A stretch of 64,000 nt of DNA from Spirochaetales bacterium (GTDB lineage: Bacteria; Spirochaetota; Spirochaetia; JABEVK01): NCBI GenBank assembly GCA_037142615.1, contig JBAXAI010000001.1, positions 160,001 to 224,000 of the forward strand, given 5' to 3'. Shown one piece after another: positions 10,480 to 20,699 of this stretch. Under the pieces are notes generated by a model. The model was not told the DNA's origin. It did no database searches and was given only the letters and a program-made list of their open reading frames with translations. The number at the start of each line of letters is the position of its first letter. Within the stretch, counting starts at the first letter, position 1. The position numbers were made by a program, and so were the translations under genes.

Positions 10480-12512
10480 TACGCCCCGTTTGGGCTCTGT
10501 TGCTGTTGCTGACGGGTGCCGTTCTGGGCGCGCAAACCGCGCTCGAGTCGTATACCAAGGGTCAGCAGTCCTTCCAGCGCGACGACTACTGGGGTGCCGT
10601 CGACCAGTACCGGCAAGCGCTCAAGGTGAATCCACGCTATCTCGATGCTTTTCAAGGACTTGCAGAAAGCTTCTTTGCTCTCGGCGAATACGATGAGGCC
10701 GGATTGCAGATTCAGGAGGCCCTCAAGCTGGGTAAGCTCAGCGCCAGCGTCAACAACCTCCAGGGGCGCATCCTGCTCGGACAAATGAAACTCGAAGAGG
10801 CCCTGGCGGTCTTTCAGGGCGTCCTGACCCGGGAGCCCAAAAACCAGGGGGCACAGTTCGGTCTGGCAGAATATCAGGTGATGAAAGGCCGTCTGGAACT
10901 GGCAACGAGTCAGTTCGAGGTCTTGCGCCGTGGAGATCCTGCGAGTCTGAGGGCTCTTTTGTCGCTGATGTATGTTGCCTCGGCCCGTGGCGACCGAACG
11001 ACCTTCGACCGGGTTTCCTCTGACGCGTTGCGCCAGTATTCCTCGGATCCGAGGGTGCATTTCGCGATAGCCACCGAGGCCTGGAAGCGTAAGGACAGGG
11101 CCGGTGCACGGGTGGCCCTCGACCGCTTTCTGCTCCTTTCCGGTAAAGATGACTTGCGCGGCTGGCTTTTCCAGACCGAGTTGCTGCTGGACGAAGGCAG
11201 GGACCAAGACGCGCTGTCGACACTCGACGAGAATGTCATCAAGGGGCCCGCTGTCATGCGGGCTGCCAAAGACCCACGCGTTTGGTACCTCCGCGCCGTG
11301 GCGCTGACGCGCTTGGGGCAGAACACCGAAGCCTCGAACTCCTACCGGATGGCGATCAGCTTCGAGCCCGACAACGAGACGTGGAACCTGGGCTACGAGG
11401 CCTGGTTGTTGCGCCAGACGTTGCCCGAGGATCCCTTGCGGGCGGCCCCTGCTCAACGGCACTTCGACCGTGCCCTGGAATTGACGAAAAAAAACTCACT
11501 GTCTCTGGCGCTCGACGAGTGGCGCCGGGGCCTGGCCCTCAATCCGTTGTCCATCCCCGGGCGTCTGGGGCGGGCCGACATCTGGAAACGCCAAGGCTAC
11601 AGGACTTCATCCCTCGAAGAACTCGAGGCAATCAACGCCTTGCAGCCCACCTTCAAGGATGTCGCCTACCTCGATGACCTGGAGATCCAGCGCAGCCAGT
11701 ATTCCGACTCGCTGGCCGCCGGGTGGGGCTTTACCCTCAAAGATCTCGACGGCCTCAACAGTGTCGGCACCAGTCGCTTTTTCCGCCCCTTTGAGGTCGG
11801 CCTCTTTCAAAGTGCTGACGCCTCTTCCACTCAGGAGTATCAGGCTGGCGTAGCCTTCGCCGAGGTCTTTTCCGACGAATGGGAAGCCAGTCGGCAGTTG
11901 CACCTCAATCGTGCCTCGGACTCGAACAAGGCTTGGTCCGTGCAAGGTTTCAACGAGGCGTTTCTTCTGGCTCGAAAGGCCGGGCTGGAGTACTTTGCGC
12001 TTCTGGAAGTCCATCAAGGGCCCCGCGATTTTCAAGCTGACCTCAAGCTCTATCTGGGCCGCACCGGGAGGCTCATCCAAACTTTTTCGGTGTACAAAAA
12101 GGGCCTTCAACCGGTGACTCTCGGGTTGCGTGAACTTGCGGCCACGAGCGCGCAAGCCTTTCCCCTCAGGGGGAGCGTGCTCAAGCGTCAAAACAACGAC
12201 TTTCTGGTCAATCTCGGCAGGAGGGACGGTGTCGCGGCGAACCAGAAGTTCTCGATCATCCGTTCTGGCACCTCGGTGCTTACCGGCGACAAGTCGTGGT
12301 ACAGTTGGAACCCCAGCGATCTCTTCGGCACTTGGACCGTCGCCAGTGTCGACGATTGGACCTCGGCCGGCAAGATGGAAAAGTCCGGCTTTTTCGACAC
12401 GGTTGCCGTCGGGGACGAAGTCCTCTTCGTCAAAGATGTACCGCCGACGCTGGCTTATATACCGCTTCCTGTAACTGCTGTGCTTCAGCGGGATTTATTG
12501 AGCCTTCGGTAA
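10476..12512 (+). CDS. Secreted tetratricopeptide repeat protein
   Basis: Signal peptide, multiple TPRs (AVDQYRQALKVNPRYLDAFQGLAESF) and a C-terminal beta domain (LVNLGRRDGV). Confidence 0.85.
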   Translation: MIRPVWALLLLLTGAVLGAQTALESYTKGQQSFQRDDYWGAVDQYRQALKVNPRYLDAFQGLAESFFALGEYDEAGLQIQEALKLGKLSASVNNLQGRILLGQMKLEEALAVFQGVLTREPKNQGAQFGLAEYQVMKGRLELATSQFEVLRRGDPASLRALLSLMYVASARGDRTTFDRVSSDALRQYSSDPRVHFAIATEAWKRKDRAGARVALDRFLLLSGKDDLRGWLFQTELLLDEGRDQDALSTLDENVIKGPAVMRAAKDPRVWYLRAVALTRLGQNTEASNSYRMAISFEPDNETWNLGYEAWLLRQTLPEDPLRAAPAQRHFDRALELTKKNSLSLALDEWRRGLALNPLSIPGRLGRADIWKRQGYRTSSLEELEAINALQPTFKDVAYLDDLEIQRSQYSDSLAAGWGFTLKDLDGLNSVGTSRFFRPFEVGLFQSADASSTQEYQAGVAFAEVFSDEWEASRQLHLNRASDSNKAWSVQGFNEAFLLARKAGLEYFALLEVHQGPRDFQADLKLYLGRTGRLIQTFSVYKKGLQPVTLGLRELAATSAQAFPLRGSVLKRQNNDFLVNLGRRDGVAANQKFSIIRSGTSVLTGDKSWYSWNPSDLFGTWTVASVDDWTSAGKMEKSGFFDTVAVGDEVLFVKDVPPTLAYIPLPVTAVLQRDLLSLR

Positions 12513-12518
12513 CAATAA

Positions 12519-13595
<1,077 letters not shown>

Positions 13596-13612
13596 ATCGA
13601 TCTGACACAACG

Positions 13613-13639
13613 AAAAGGCCTCCTCACGGGGGCCTTTTT
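13613..13639 (+). terminator. Intrinsic terminator-like hairpin between gap and pgk
   Basis: AAAAGGCCTCC-TCAC-GGGGGCCTTTTT. Confidence 0.75.
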
Positions 13640-13656
13640 CACATAAGGAGCCTGCA

Positions 13657-14916
13657 ATGATCAAGACCATCAAAGATATCGATGTGAAGGGCAAGCGCAT
13701 CGCCATGCGCGTCGACTTCAACGTTCCCATGAAGGAAGGCAAGGTCCAGGACGATACCCGCATCACCGCGGCCATTCCCTCCATCCAATACCTGCTCGAG
13801 AAGGGCGCCAAGACCATCACCTTGTTTAGTCATCTCGGCGACCCGAAGAAAGACGCCAAGAAGGCCAGGGAAAAGGCTGAGAAGGACGGAAAGACCTTCG
13901 ACGAGGCCAAGTACATCGCCGGCAAGCACCGCCTGGCCCCCGTCGCTGAGTACCTGGCCGGCAAGCTCGGCAAACCCGTCGTCTTCGGCGGCGAAGATGG
14001 CTGCTTCGGCAAGAAGGCGTTCATCGAAGGCCAGAAGGACGGCACCGTCATCCTGCTCGAGAACACCCGCTTCCACAAAGAAGAAACCAGCGAAGACGCC
14101 AGCGAGCGCGACAAGCTGGCCAAGGAACTGGCCACCTACGGCGAGATCTTCGTCAACGACGCGTTCGGTACCGCCCACCGCGACCACGCGTCAACGGCGT
14201 CTATCGCCAAGTTTCTCAAGGTAAGTGTCGGCGGCTTCCTCATGGAAAAAGAAGTGGCCTACCTCGAGCCCATCGTTGTCGCCCCGGCAAAGCCCTTGGT
14301 GGCCATCATTGGCGGCGCGAAGGTCAGTTCCAAGATCGCTGTACTCGAAAGCCTGCTCAAGAACGCCTCGGCCCTTGTCATCGGGGGGGGCATGGCCTAC
14401 ACCTTCCTCAAAGCTCAGGGCCACACGGTCGGCAAGTCCCTGGTGGAAGACGATCAGCTTGATACTGCCAAGTCGATCCTTGCGGCTGCCAAAAAGCTGG
14501 GCGCCGAGATTGTACTGCCCGTTGACCACGTGTGCTCCGACAAGTTCGACGCGGCCGCCGTAGCCGTCAAGACCGACTCAGTTGACATTTCAGCCGACCT
14601 GATGGGCATGGATGTCGGTCCCAAAACAGTTGCCAAGTACAAAGAAGTGTTGGCAAAGGCCAAGACCATCGTCTGGAACGGTCCCGTTGGGGTATTTGAG
14701 TTCGCCAATTTCGCTGCCGGTACGGAAGCGGTGGCCAAACTGGTTGCTGAAGCCACCGGTCGGGGCGCCATCACGGTGGTGGGGGGCGGCGACTCCGTGG
14801 CTGCCGTCAACCAGTTCAAGCTGGCCGACAAGATGAGCCATGTGTCTACCGGCGGCGGTGCATCGCTGGAGCTCCTCGAGGGCAAGAAATTGCCTGGCAT
14901 CGAAGTTTGTAGGTAG
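13657..14916 (+). CDS. pgk: Phosphoglycerate kinase
   Basis: RVDFNVP, LLENTRF, NDAFGTAHR, GGAKVSSK and HVSTGGGASL. Confidence 0.99.
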   Translation: MIKTIKDIDVKGKRIAMRVDFNVPMKEGKVQDDTRITAAIPSIQYLLEKGAKTITLFSHLGDPKKDAKKAREKAEKDGKTFDEAKYIAGKHRLAPVAEYLAGKLGKPVVFGGEDGCFGKKAFIEGQKDGTVILLENTRFHKEETSEDASERDKLAKELATYGEIFVNDAFGTAHRDHASTASIAKFLKVSVGGFLMEKEVAYLEPIVVAPAKPLVAIIGGAKVSSKIAVLESLLKNASALVIGGGMAYTFLKAQGHTVGKSLVEDDQLDTAKSILAAAKKLGAEIVLPVDHVCSDKFDAAAVAVKTDSVDISADLMGMDVGPKTVAKYKEVLAKAKTIVWNGPVGVFEFANFAAGTEAVAKLVAEATGRGAITVVGGGDSVAAVNQFKLADKMSHVSTGGGASLELLEGKKLPGIEVCR

Positions 14917-14974
14917 GCTCACAACGCGGCATCACCTCGTTCGCCGCTAATATACGACAATAGAAGGAATTAAC

Positions 14975-15730
14975 ATGGCACGACAGAAATTTTTGGCAGG
15001 GAACTGGAAACTTTGGGGGACGCAGATGGAGGCCAAGGCCTTGGTGGCTGCGCTTGTAGCTGGAGTCAAGGGCACGAAGAACCGCGTCTTGGTAGCGCCC
15101 CCGTATACGGCGATCGCGACTGTCAAGGAAATGGTGAAGGGCAGTCCTATTCTCGTGGGCGCCCAAGACTGTTCGGCCCTCGAAACGGGGGCCCGCACGG
15201 GCGAGATTTCGGTGGGCATGCTCAAGGAACTTGGGGTCGACGTGATCATCCTTGGCCACTCGGAGCGCCGGCAGTTCCACAACGAAACCGACAAACTGGT
15301 CAACGACAAGATCAAACTCGCGCTCAAACACGGCTTCGAGGTGATCTACTGCAACGGTGAAACTCTGTCAGAACGCGAAGCCGGCAAAGCCGCCGAAGTG
15401 GTGATCCGCCAGACGACCGAAGCGTTTGCCGGGTTGACCGAGGCCGACCTGGCTAAGGTGACGATTGCCTATGAACCTGTATGGGCAATCGGCACCGGCA
15501 AGACCGCTACACCGCAGGACGCCAATGCCATCCACGTTGTCATCCGCGACACCGTCGCCAAACTCTATACAAAGCGCACCGCCGATGCTATGATCATCCA
15601 GTACGGTGGGTCTGTGAAGCCTGACAACGTCAAGGAACTGATGGCCATGCCCGACATTGACGGTGCGTTGGTCGGGGGCGCTGCGCTGAAAGCGGAGACG
15701 TTCCTTCCCATCTGTACGTTCGACAAATAA
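14975..15730 (+). CDS. tpiA: Triosephosphate isomerase
   Basis: AGNWK, GHSERR, AYEPVWAIGTG and YGGSVKPDN. Confidence 0.99.
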   Translation: MARQKFLAGNWKLWGTQMEAKALVAALVAGVKGTKNRVLVAPPYTAIATVKEMVKGSPILVGAQDCSALETGARTGEISVGMLKELGVDVIILGHSERRQFHNETDKLVNDKIKLALKHGFEVIYCNGETLSEREAGKAAEVVIRQTTEAFAGLTEADLAKVTIAYEPVWAIGTGKTATPQDANAIHVVIRDTVAKLYTKRTADAMIIQYGGSVKPDNVKELMAMPDIDGALVGGAALKAETFLPICTFDK

Positions 15731-15746
15731 ATCCCGGGAGACTTTC

Positions 15747-16112
15747 GTGGACATTCTTCTGTATGTGTTGCTTGGATTCTTCATTCTTATGGCTGTGTTG
15801 CTAGTCTTGATGGTCTTGATACAAGACGAGCAGGGCGACGGTTTGGCTGGCATGTTCGGCGGCGGAAGCGCCTCGACTTTCGGCTCACGCGCCGGTAACG
15901 TGCTCACCCGCACGACCTCAATCCTTGGCGCGCTGTTCCTCATTTCGGCCTTCTTCCTGGCTTTCCTGTTCAAAACCCCGACGACGGGTGATGTGGCCGC
16001 CGCGGCACGTCAGGCTGGCGCGGGCAAGACGGAGTGGTGGAACGCCCAGCCGTCGGCACCGGCCGTCGAAACCCCCGTACCGGCACCTGCCGAAACCACG
16101 GGCACGAAGTAG
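15747..16112 (+). CDS. secG: Preprotein translocase subunit SecG
   Basis: Two TMs flank the Gly-rich GDGLAGMFGGG..NVLTRTT loop; follows tpiA. Confidence 0.93.
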   Translation: MDILLYVLLGFFILMAVLLVLMVLIQDEQGDGLAGMFGGGSASTFGSRAGNVLTRTTSILGALFLISAFFLAFLFKTPTTGDVAAAARQAGAGKTEWWNAQPSAPAVETPVPAPAETTGTK

Positions 16113-16130
16113 TTCTTCACGTAACCGGCT

Positions 16131-16167
16131 GACTTCTCCGGAGTTACTCTGGAGAAGTCTTTTTTTT
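16131..16167 (+). terminator. Intrinsic terminator after secG
   Basis: GACTTCTCCGGAG-TTA-CTCTGGAGAAGTC followed by T8. Confidence 0.9.
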
Positions 16168-16177
16168 GGGGGGCTCC

Positions 16178-16615
16178 ATGGCGATGGTTCGAGTGGCAGT
16201 TGTGTATTTCAGCAAGTCGAAGTCTTCGCGCGTAAACGCCACGGCGACGGCGCTTGCAAAGGCGCTCGAGGCCCGAGGGGCACAGGTCGACCTTGTCAAC
16301 GGCTCTCAGACTCGAGATGCCAAGCTTACCGGTCATCATTTCCTTGCGATTGGGTGCGACGTCCTTGCTGCTTTTGGCGGCAAACTCCCCCCGGAACTCA
16401 AGGTGTTTCTGGCCAATTCGGGGCTGATTGCCGGTAAGAGAGCGCTGGCTTGGGTCACCTCGGCCCCTCTGGGCGCCAACAAGACTCTTTTGCAGCTTAT
16501 GAGGGCAATGGAGGCCGAGGGCTTGCTTCTTCGGACCTCCGAAATCTTCACCAAAGCCGATGAGGCTTCTCGGGTTGCTTCCCAGCTGAAAATCGACGGA
16601 TTGACCGTTTCTTGA
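16178..16615 (+). CDS. Flavodoxin-like fold protein
   Basis: RVAVVYFS..ATALAKALEARGAQVDLVN and LIAGKRALAWV follow flavodoxin alpha/beta order; the FMN loop is atypical. Confidence 0.6.
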   Translation: MAMVRVAVVYFSKSKSSRVNATATALAKALEARGAQVDLVNGSQTRDAKLTGHHFLAIGCDVLAAFGGKLPPELKVFLANSGLIAGKRALAWVTSAPLGANKTLLQLMRAMEAEGLLLRTSEIFTKADEASRVASQLKIDGLTVS

Positions 16616-16640
16616 CAGGGCCGTGAGGCCCTGATACTGT
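16612..16640 (+). promoter_or_regulatory. Sigma-70 promoter TTGACA-N17-TACTGT with a hairpin in the spacer
   Basis: The -35 at 16612-16617 contains the upstream TGA stop; the -10 is at 16635-16640. Confidence 0.6.
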
Positions 16641-16658
16641 TTTTTGAAAGGCTGTTTC

Positions 16659-17696
16659 ATGAAGAAATCACTTCTGTCCGTTGCTGTTTTTCTGTTGGCG
16701 CTGGGACTCGGGGCTCAAGGGCTCGATCAGGCGGTCGCCAAAGTCACTCTCTACAAGACGACGGTGATTTCCCAGAAGACCTTTCGGGAACAGGTGGCCG
16801 CGTTGGAGTCTACCACCAAGTCAACTTTGACCGCCGACGACAAGGTGAAACTGCTCAACTCTTTGGTTCTCAACGAATTGATCAATCAGGATTCGGACAA
16901 AAAGGGGCTCAAGGCGAGCGACGAGGAAGTCTTGGCCCAGTTCCGATCGTCCAACCCCGGGGCCACCGACGCCCAGATCAAACAGGCGCTCGAGCAACAA
17001 TCCGGCGTGACCTGGGACAAAGCGGTTGTGTCGCTGAAGAAACAGATCGTCTTCTTGAAGTACCTTGGGGTCCTTTCCAAGGACAAACCCACGCCCAAAC
17101 TCGATGTGTCGGCCCAGGAAATCTCCGATTTTTACACCTCGAACAAGGCGCTGTTCGTCAGCCCCGACTACGTGCGGGTCTCGCACATTTTTTTCGACAC
17201 CAAGGTCAATCCCAAAGGTAGCCTGACAGATATCAAGAAGCGTGCCGACGACTCGTTGGCGAAGATCACTGCTGGCCAGTCAACCTTCGAGGAACTTGCC
17301 AACACGGTGTCGGAAGATGAGGGCTCGTCCAAGCTCAACGGTGACATGGGCTACATTCCCAGAACGCTGGAATCAGCCCTCGGCCAACAGTTAACCAACC
17401 TGTTTGGCAACGATTTCCTGAACGCGATCTTTGCTCTGAAGAAGGGCGAGGTTTCCAAGGTGCTGACGAGCAACTCAGGTTTGCACATCGTTCGGGTCAC
17501 CCAGAAGCTTGATCAGCACTTTCTGACCTTGGACGAGGCCGTCTACCCAGGCAAAAAGACCCCGACCGTCAAGGATACGATTTTGCAGACGCTTCAGCAG
17601 CGAAAAGTTTCGGCCTACCAGCAGCAACTCGTTACCGACGCGGGCGACGCCCTGAAGAAGCAGGCCAAAATCGATTTGTTCAAGCAGAATCTCTAG
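16659..17696 (+). CDS. SurA/PrsA-like parvulin peptidyl-prolyl isomerase
   Basis: Signal peptide, VRVSHIFF, FEELANTVSED, GDMGYI and GEVSKV..GLHIVRV. Confidence 0.9.
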   Translation: MKKSLLSVAVFLLALGLGAQGLDQAVAKVTLYKTTVISQKTFREQVAALESTTKSTLTADDKVKLLNSLVLNELINQDSDKKGLKASDEEVLAQFRSSNPGATDAQIKQALEQQSGVTWDKAVVSLKKQIVFLKYLGVLSKDKPTPKLDVSAQEISDFYTSNKALFVSPDYVRVSHIFFDTKVNPKGSLTDIKKRADDSLAKITAGQSTFEELANTVSEDEGSSKLNGDMGYIPRTLESALGQQLTNLFGNDFLNAIFALKKGEVSKVLTSNSGLHIVRVTQKLDQHFLTLDEAVYPGKKTPTVKDTILQTLQQRKVSAYQQQLVTDAGDALKKQAKIDLFKQNL

Positions 17697-17697
17697 C

Positions 17698-18117
17698 ATG
17701 GGATCGCGTCGTCAAGCCCGGATTCTGGCTTTCCAGAGCCTGTTTAGCCAGGACTTGAACCCTCAGTCGATCGAGAAGCTCCTGACGCTGGACTGGATGG
17801 AAGCGCAGGAGCGTCAGGATCTGGAGCCCGATGTGTTGTTCTTCACGAGGTTCTTGATTTCGGGCACCATCGAGCACTGGGACGAGCTCAACGTTGCGAT
17901 CGAAGGGCAACTCCGCAACTGGGACTTCAACCGGGTCGGCAAGGTTGATCTCGGCATCCTGCGGATTTCTGCCTTTCAGATGCTGTTCGTGAAGGATATT
18001 CCTGTGAAGGTCGTCATTGACGAGGCGATCGATATCGCAAAGCGTTTTGCCTCCGACGACTCCTACCGTTTCATCAATGGAGTGCTCGATGGCCTCCGGA
18101 AGGAAAAGGGCCTCTAG
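17698..18117 (+). CDS. nusB: Transcription antitermination factor NusB
   Basis: SRRQARILAFQSLF, VVIDEAIDIAKRF and FINGVLD. Confidence 0.98.
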   Translation: MGSRRQARILAFQSLFSQDLNPQSIEKLLTLDWMEAQERQDLEPDVLFFTRFLISGTIEHWDELNVAIEGQLRNWDFNRVGKVDLGILRISAFQMLFVKDIPVKVVIDEAIDIAKRFASDDSYRFINGVLDGLRKEKGL

Positions 18118-18123
18118 CATCCA

Positions 18124-19890
18124 ATGAAAGGTTTCCTGCGGGTATCAGCCTGGTTCCTCCTGCTTTCGTCCCTCGGGGCGGCAGGTTGGTGGGCTTGGCC
18201 GCTCGTCTTCCCCCCGGAGCGTCCGGGCCTCCTGTCCCGACTGGCAAAGGCGGATTCTGCCCTCCAGCAGGGCCGCGCTGACCTCGCACGCAAGGCCCTC
18301 GAACCGTGGCCCGAGGGTCTTTCCGCAGGCCAGTGGCTCCAGTGGGAAAAGCGGATTCACAGTATTGTCGTCAAGACCAAGGAGTGGGGTTGGGCCGCGT
18401 CCGCGGCGCATCTGGCCACCGCCCAGTTCCCTGGGAACACCGAACTGGCGGCATTTGAGACTTGGGTCTTGCTCAAGGCTGGTCGGGCGGGCGAGGCGCT
18501 AGGGGTGAGCGAAAAGTTGTTGGCAAAGACCGTTTGGGCACCGCTTCTCGGTCAGGCGCGCTTGGAGGCGGGATTGTTTGCCGCCAAACCAGGCGAACCG
18601 AGAGACTCGTCAAGCGACTGGCTGGCGTTGCGTCAGGCTCTGGCTACTTCCGAGGCCGCCGACCCAGAGTTGTATGGGAGGGTCTTGGAACTGGCTCCGG
18701 ACGACTTGCTCCGCAAGAACGCTCTTCTTGTGGCTCTCGCGCAGGGAAGGCTGGACCTCGCCCAGGGGTTTCTCGGGGCCCTGAGCCCGAGCGAGCGTGG
18801 TGTGCCTCCGTTTGACAAGTTGCAGGCCCTGATGGCCTATGACCAGGAAGACTGGGCTCGTTCGGCGGCCCTGCTACGCAACTTGGCCGTGAGCGACCCG
18901 ACTACCCATCAAGTTCTCGCCGACGTCTACCTGCACCTGGGTGAACTGGAACAAGCGCGCCTGATTTATGACCAGGTCCTTGCCGATTCGTCCCCCAGCG
19001 AAATTTTGCCGCCGTCTTTGTACCTCAATCGTGCGACCATCGCCCTGATTCAGAGTGACCCTGGCCTGGCTCTGGCGCTGCTCAACCGGGCACTCGTGAC
19101 GCGCAGTTCTGAGTCTGGGACCCCGCTCAACGCCATCCGGTTGCTTCTCCTCGAGGCCCGTCGTGATCTGGGCGAGGAGTCTGAGGTCCGAGCCCAACTC
19201 GACAAGGTGTTAGGCGATGGGCAAGAAACGCCATTCCAGCTGGAGGCCGAACTCCTCAAGTACCGTTTGTTCCCCGAAATGGAATCAGTGCCTCGGCTCT
19301 GGTCGCTCATGCATCGTCATCCCGACACGCCACCGCTCGTCGAGCGGCTTGTTTGGTCCCAGTTGATTGTCAAGGACTACCCGGCAGCACAGAAGGCACT
19401 CGACTTGTACCGGCAAAAGTCCAAGCCAGTCACGGAACTGCCTTGGTGGTGGTCGAGTTACCAGGGCCTTCTTCTGGCTCTCGACGGAGACCTTCAAGGG
19501 GCCGAGAAAACCTGGGAGGAAGTTCCCGCCGCGTGGAGGGACACGAGCTTCCATGCCAATTTGGCCCAAGTCCAAACCAGCCTTTCAAGGCGAGCCCCGG
19601 AGGATCAACGACAAGTGCTCCTCGAAAGGGCGCTCGACAATGACACCAAAGCTCTCGACCTCCTTCCCACCGGGAACGGCCGGCAGGATCTCATTCTCCG
19701 GTCCCAGCTCTTGGCTCACCGGGGGACGGTTTCCTGGTCGTTAGTCGCCTTCCAGAAACCTTCGCTTCGCCAGCGCTGGAAGGATCTCGCCCTTGACGAC
19801 CTGCGCAAGGCCTCGCAACTCGATGCCAACAATCTCCGCGCGGCCTTTCTGCTCAGACAGTCAGCTTCCGCCCTTCAGGAAGTTCCATGA
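18124..19890 (+). CDS. Membrane-anchored TPR-like protein
   Basis: N-terminal TM, then helical repeats (VLADVYLHLGELEQARLIYDQVL, DLRKASQLDANN). Confidence 0.7.
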   Translation: MKGFLRVSAWFLLLSSLGAAGWWAWPLVFPPERPGLLSRLAKADSALQQGRADLARKALEPWPEGLSAGQWLQWEKRIHSIVVKTKEWGWAASAAHLATAQFPGNTELAAFETWVLLKAGRAGEALGVSEKLLAKTVWAPLLGQARLEAGLFAAKPGEPRDSSSDWLALRQALATSEAADPELYGRVLELAPDDLLRKNALLVALAQGRLDLAQGFLGALSPSERGVPPFDKLQALMAYDQEDWARSAALLRNLAVSDPTTHQVLADVYLHLGELEQARLIYDQVLADSSPSEILPPSLYLNRATIALIQSDPGLALALLNRALVTRSSESGTPLNAIRLLLLEARRDLGEESEVRAQLDKVLGDGQETPFQLEAELLKYRLFPEMESVPRLWSLMHRHPDTPPLVERLVWSQLIVKDYPAAQKALDLYRQKSKPVTELPWWWSSYQGLLLALDGDLQGAEKTWEEVPAAWRDTSFHANLAQVQTSLSRRAPEDQRQVLLERALDNDTKALDLLPTGNGRQDLILRSQLLAHRGTVSWSLVAFQKPSLRQRWKDLALDDLRKASQLDANNLRAAFLLRQSASALQEVP

Positions 19891-20636
19891 TCAAGCTCAA
19901 GAACAAGGATCAGATCGAACGCATCCGTGAATCCTGCCGTCTTCTCGCACGGATGTTCCGTGAGATCCGGCCGCTGGTGGTGGAGGGTGTGACCACGCTG
20001 GAACTAGACCGCTGGGCCGAGAACTACATTCGTCAGGCCGGCGGCAAGCCCGCCTTCAAGGGCTATATGGGTTTCCCGGGGACGCTCTGCACATCAATCA
20101 ACGAGGAAGTCATCCACGGTATTCCCAAGGACCGCAAGCTGAGAACCGGCGATCTGGTGAGCCTCGACTGCGGCATCGACCTCAGGGGCTACTTTAGCGA
20201 CATGGCGTTTACGATGCCTATTGGAGCCATCACCGAGGCAGAAAACGTTCTGCTTCAGGCGACACAGGCAAGTCTCGACGCTGCCGTTCGAGCCGTCCGC
20301 CACGGAGGGCGAATCCGCGACGTTGCCACCGCCGTGACCGAAATCATCAAGCCTCACCGTTTCGGGATCGTGCACCAATACTGCGGGCACGGCGTGGGTT
20401 TCAGTCAGCACGAAGAGCCGCAGGTGCCCAATGCCGTCTCGTTGGGAGCCAACCCCCGAATCGCGGCCGGAATGGTCTTGGCCATTGAACCAATGATCAA
20501 CCTGGGGAAGGCCGAGGTTCGCGTACTCAGCGACGACTGGACTGTGGTGACCGCTGACAAGAAAAAGTCGGCTCATTTTGAGCATACGGTGGCCGTCTGG
20601 GAAGACCGAATCGAAATCCTTACGCTCTCTGACTGA
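19887..20636 (+). CDS. map: Methionine aminopeptidase type I
   Basis: CTSINEEVIHGIP, GHGVG, AIEPMIN and SAHFEHTV. Confidence 0.98.
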   Translation: MIKLKNKDQIERIRESCRLLARMFREIRPLVVEGVTTLELDRWAENYIRQAGGKPAFKGYMGFPGTLCTSINEEVIHGIPKDRKLRTGDLVSLDCGIDLRGYFSDMAFTMPIGAITEAENVLLQATQASLDAAVRAVRHGGRIRDVATAVTEIIKPHRFGIVHQYCGHGVGFSQHEEPQVPNAVSLGANPRIAAGMVLAIEPMINLGKAEVRVLSDDWTVVTADKKKSAHFEHTVAVWEDRIEILTLSD

Positions 20637-20699
20637 AAGACCTGTAACCATCCACCTCGTGCGCGTTTTTTCTAGCAGACATTTTCAAGGAGATGCGCC

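Noticed and set aside
13846-13935. Lys-rich insertion in PGK (KKDAKKAREKAEKDGK)
   Set aside because: Recalled as a common feature of treponemal PGKs, so not novel.
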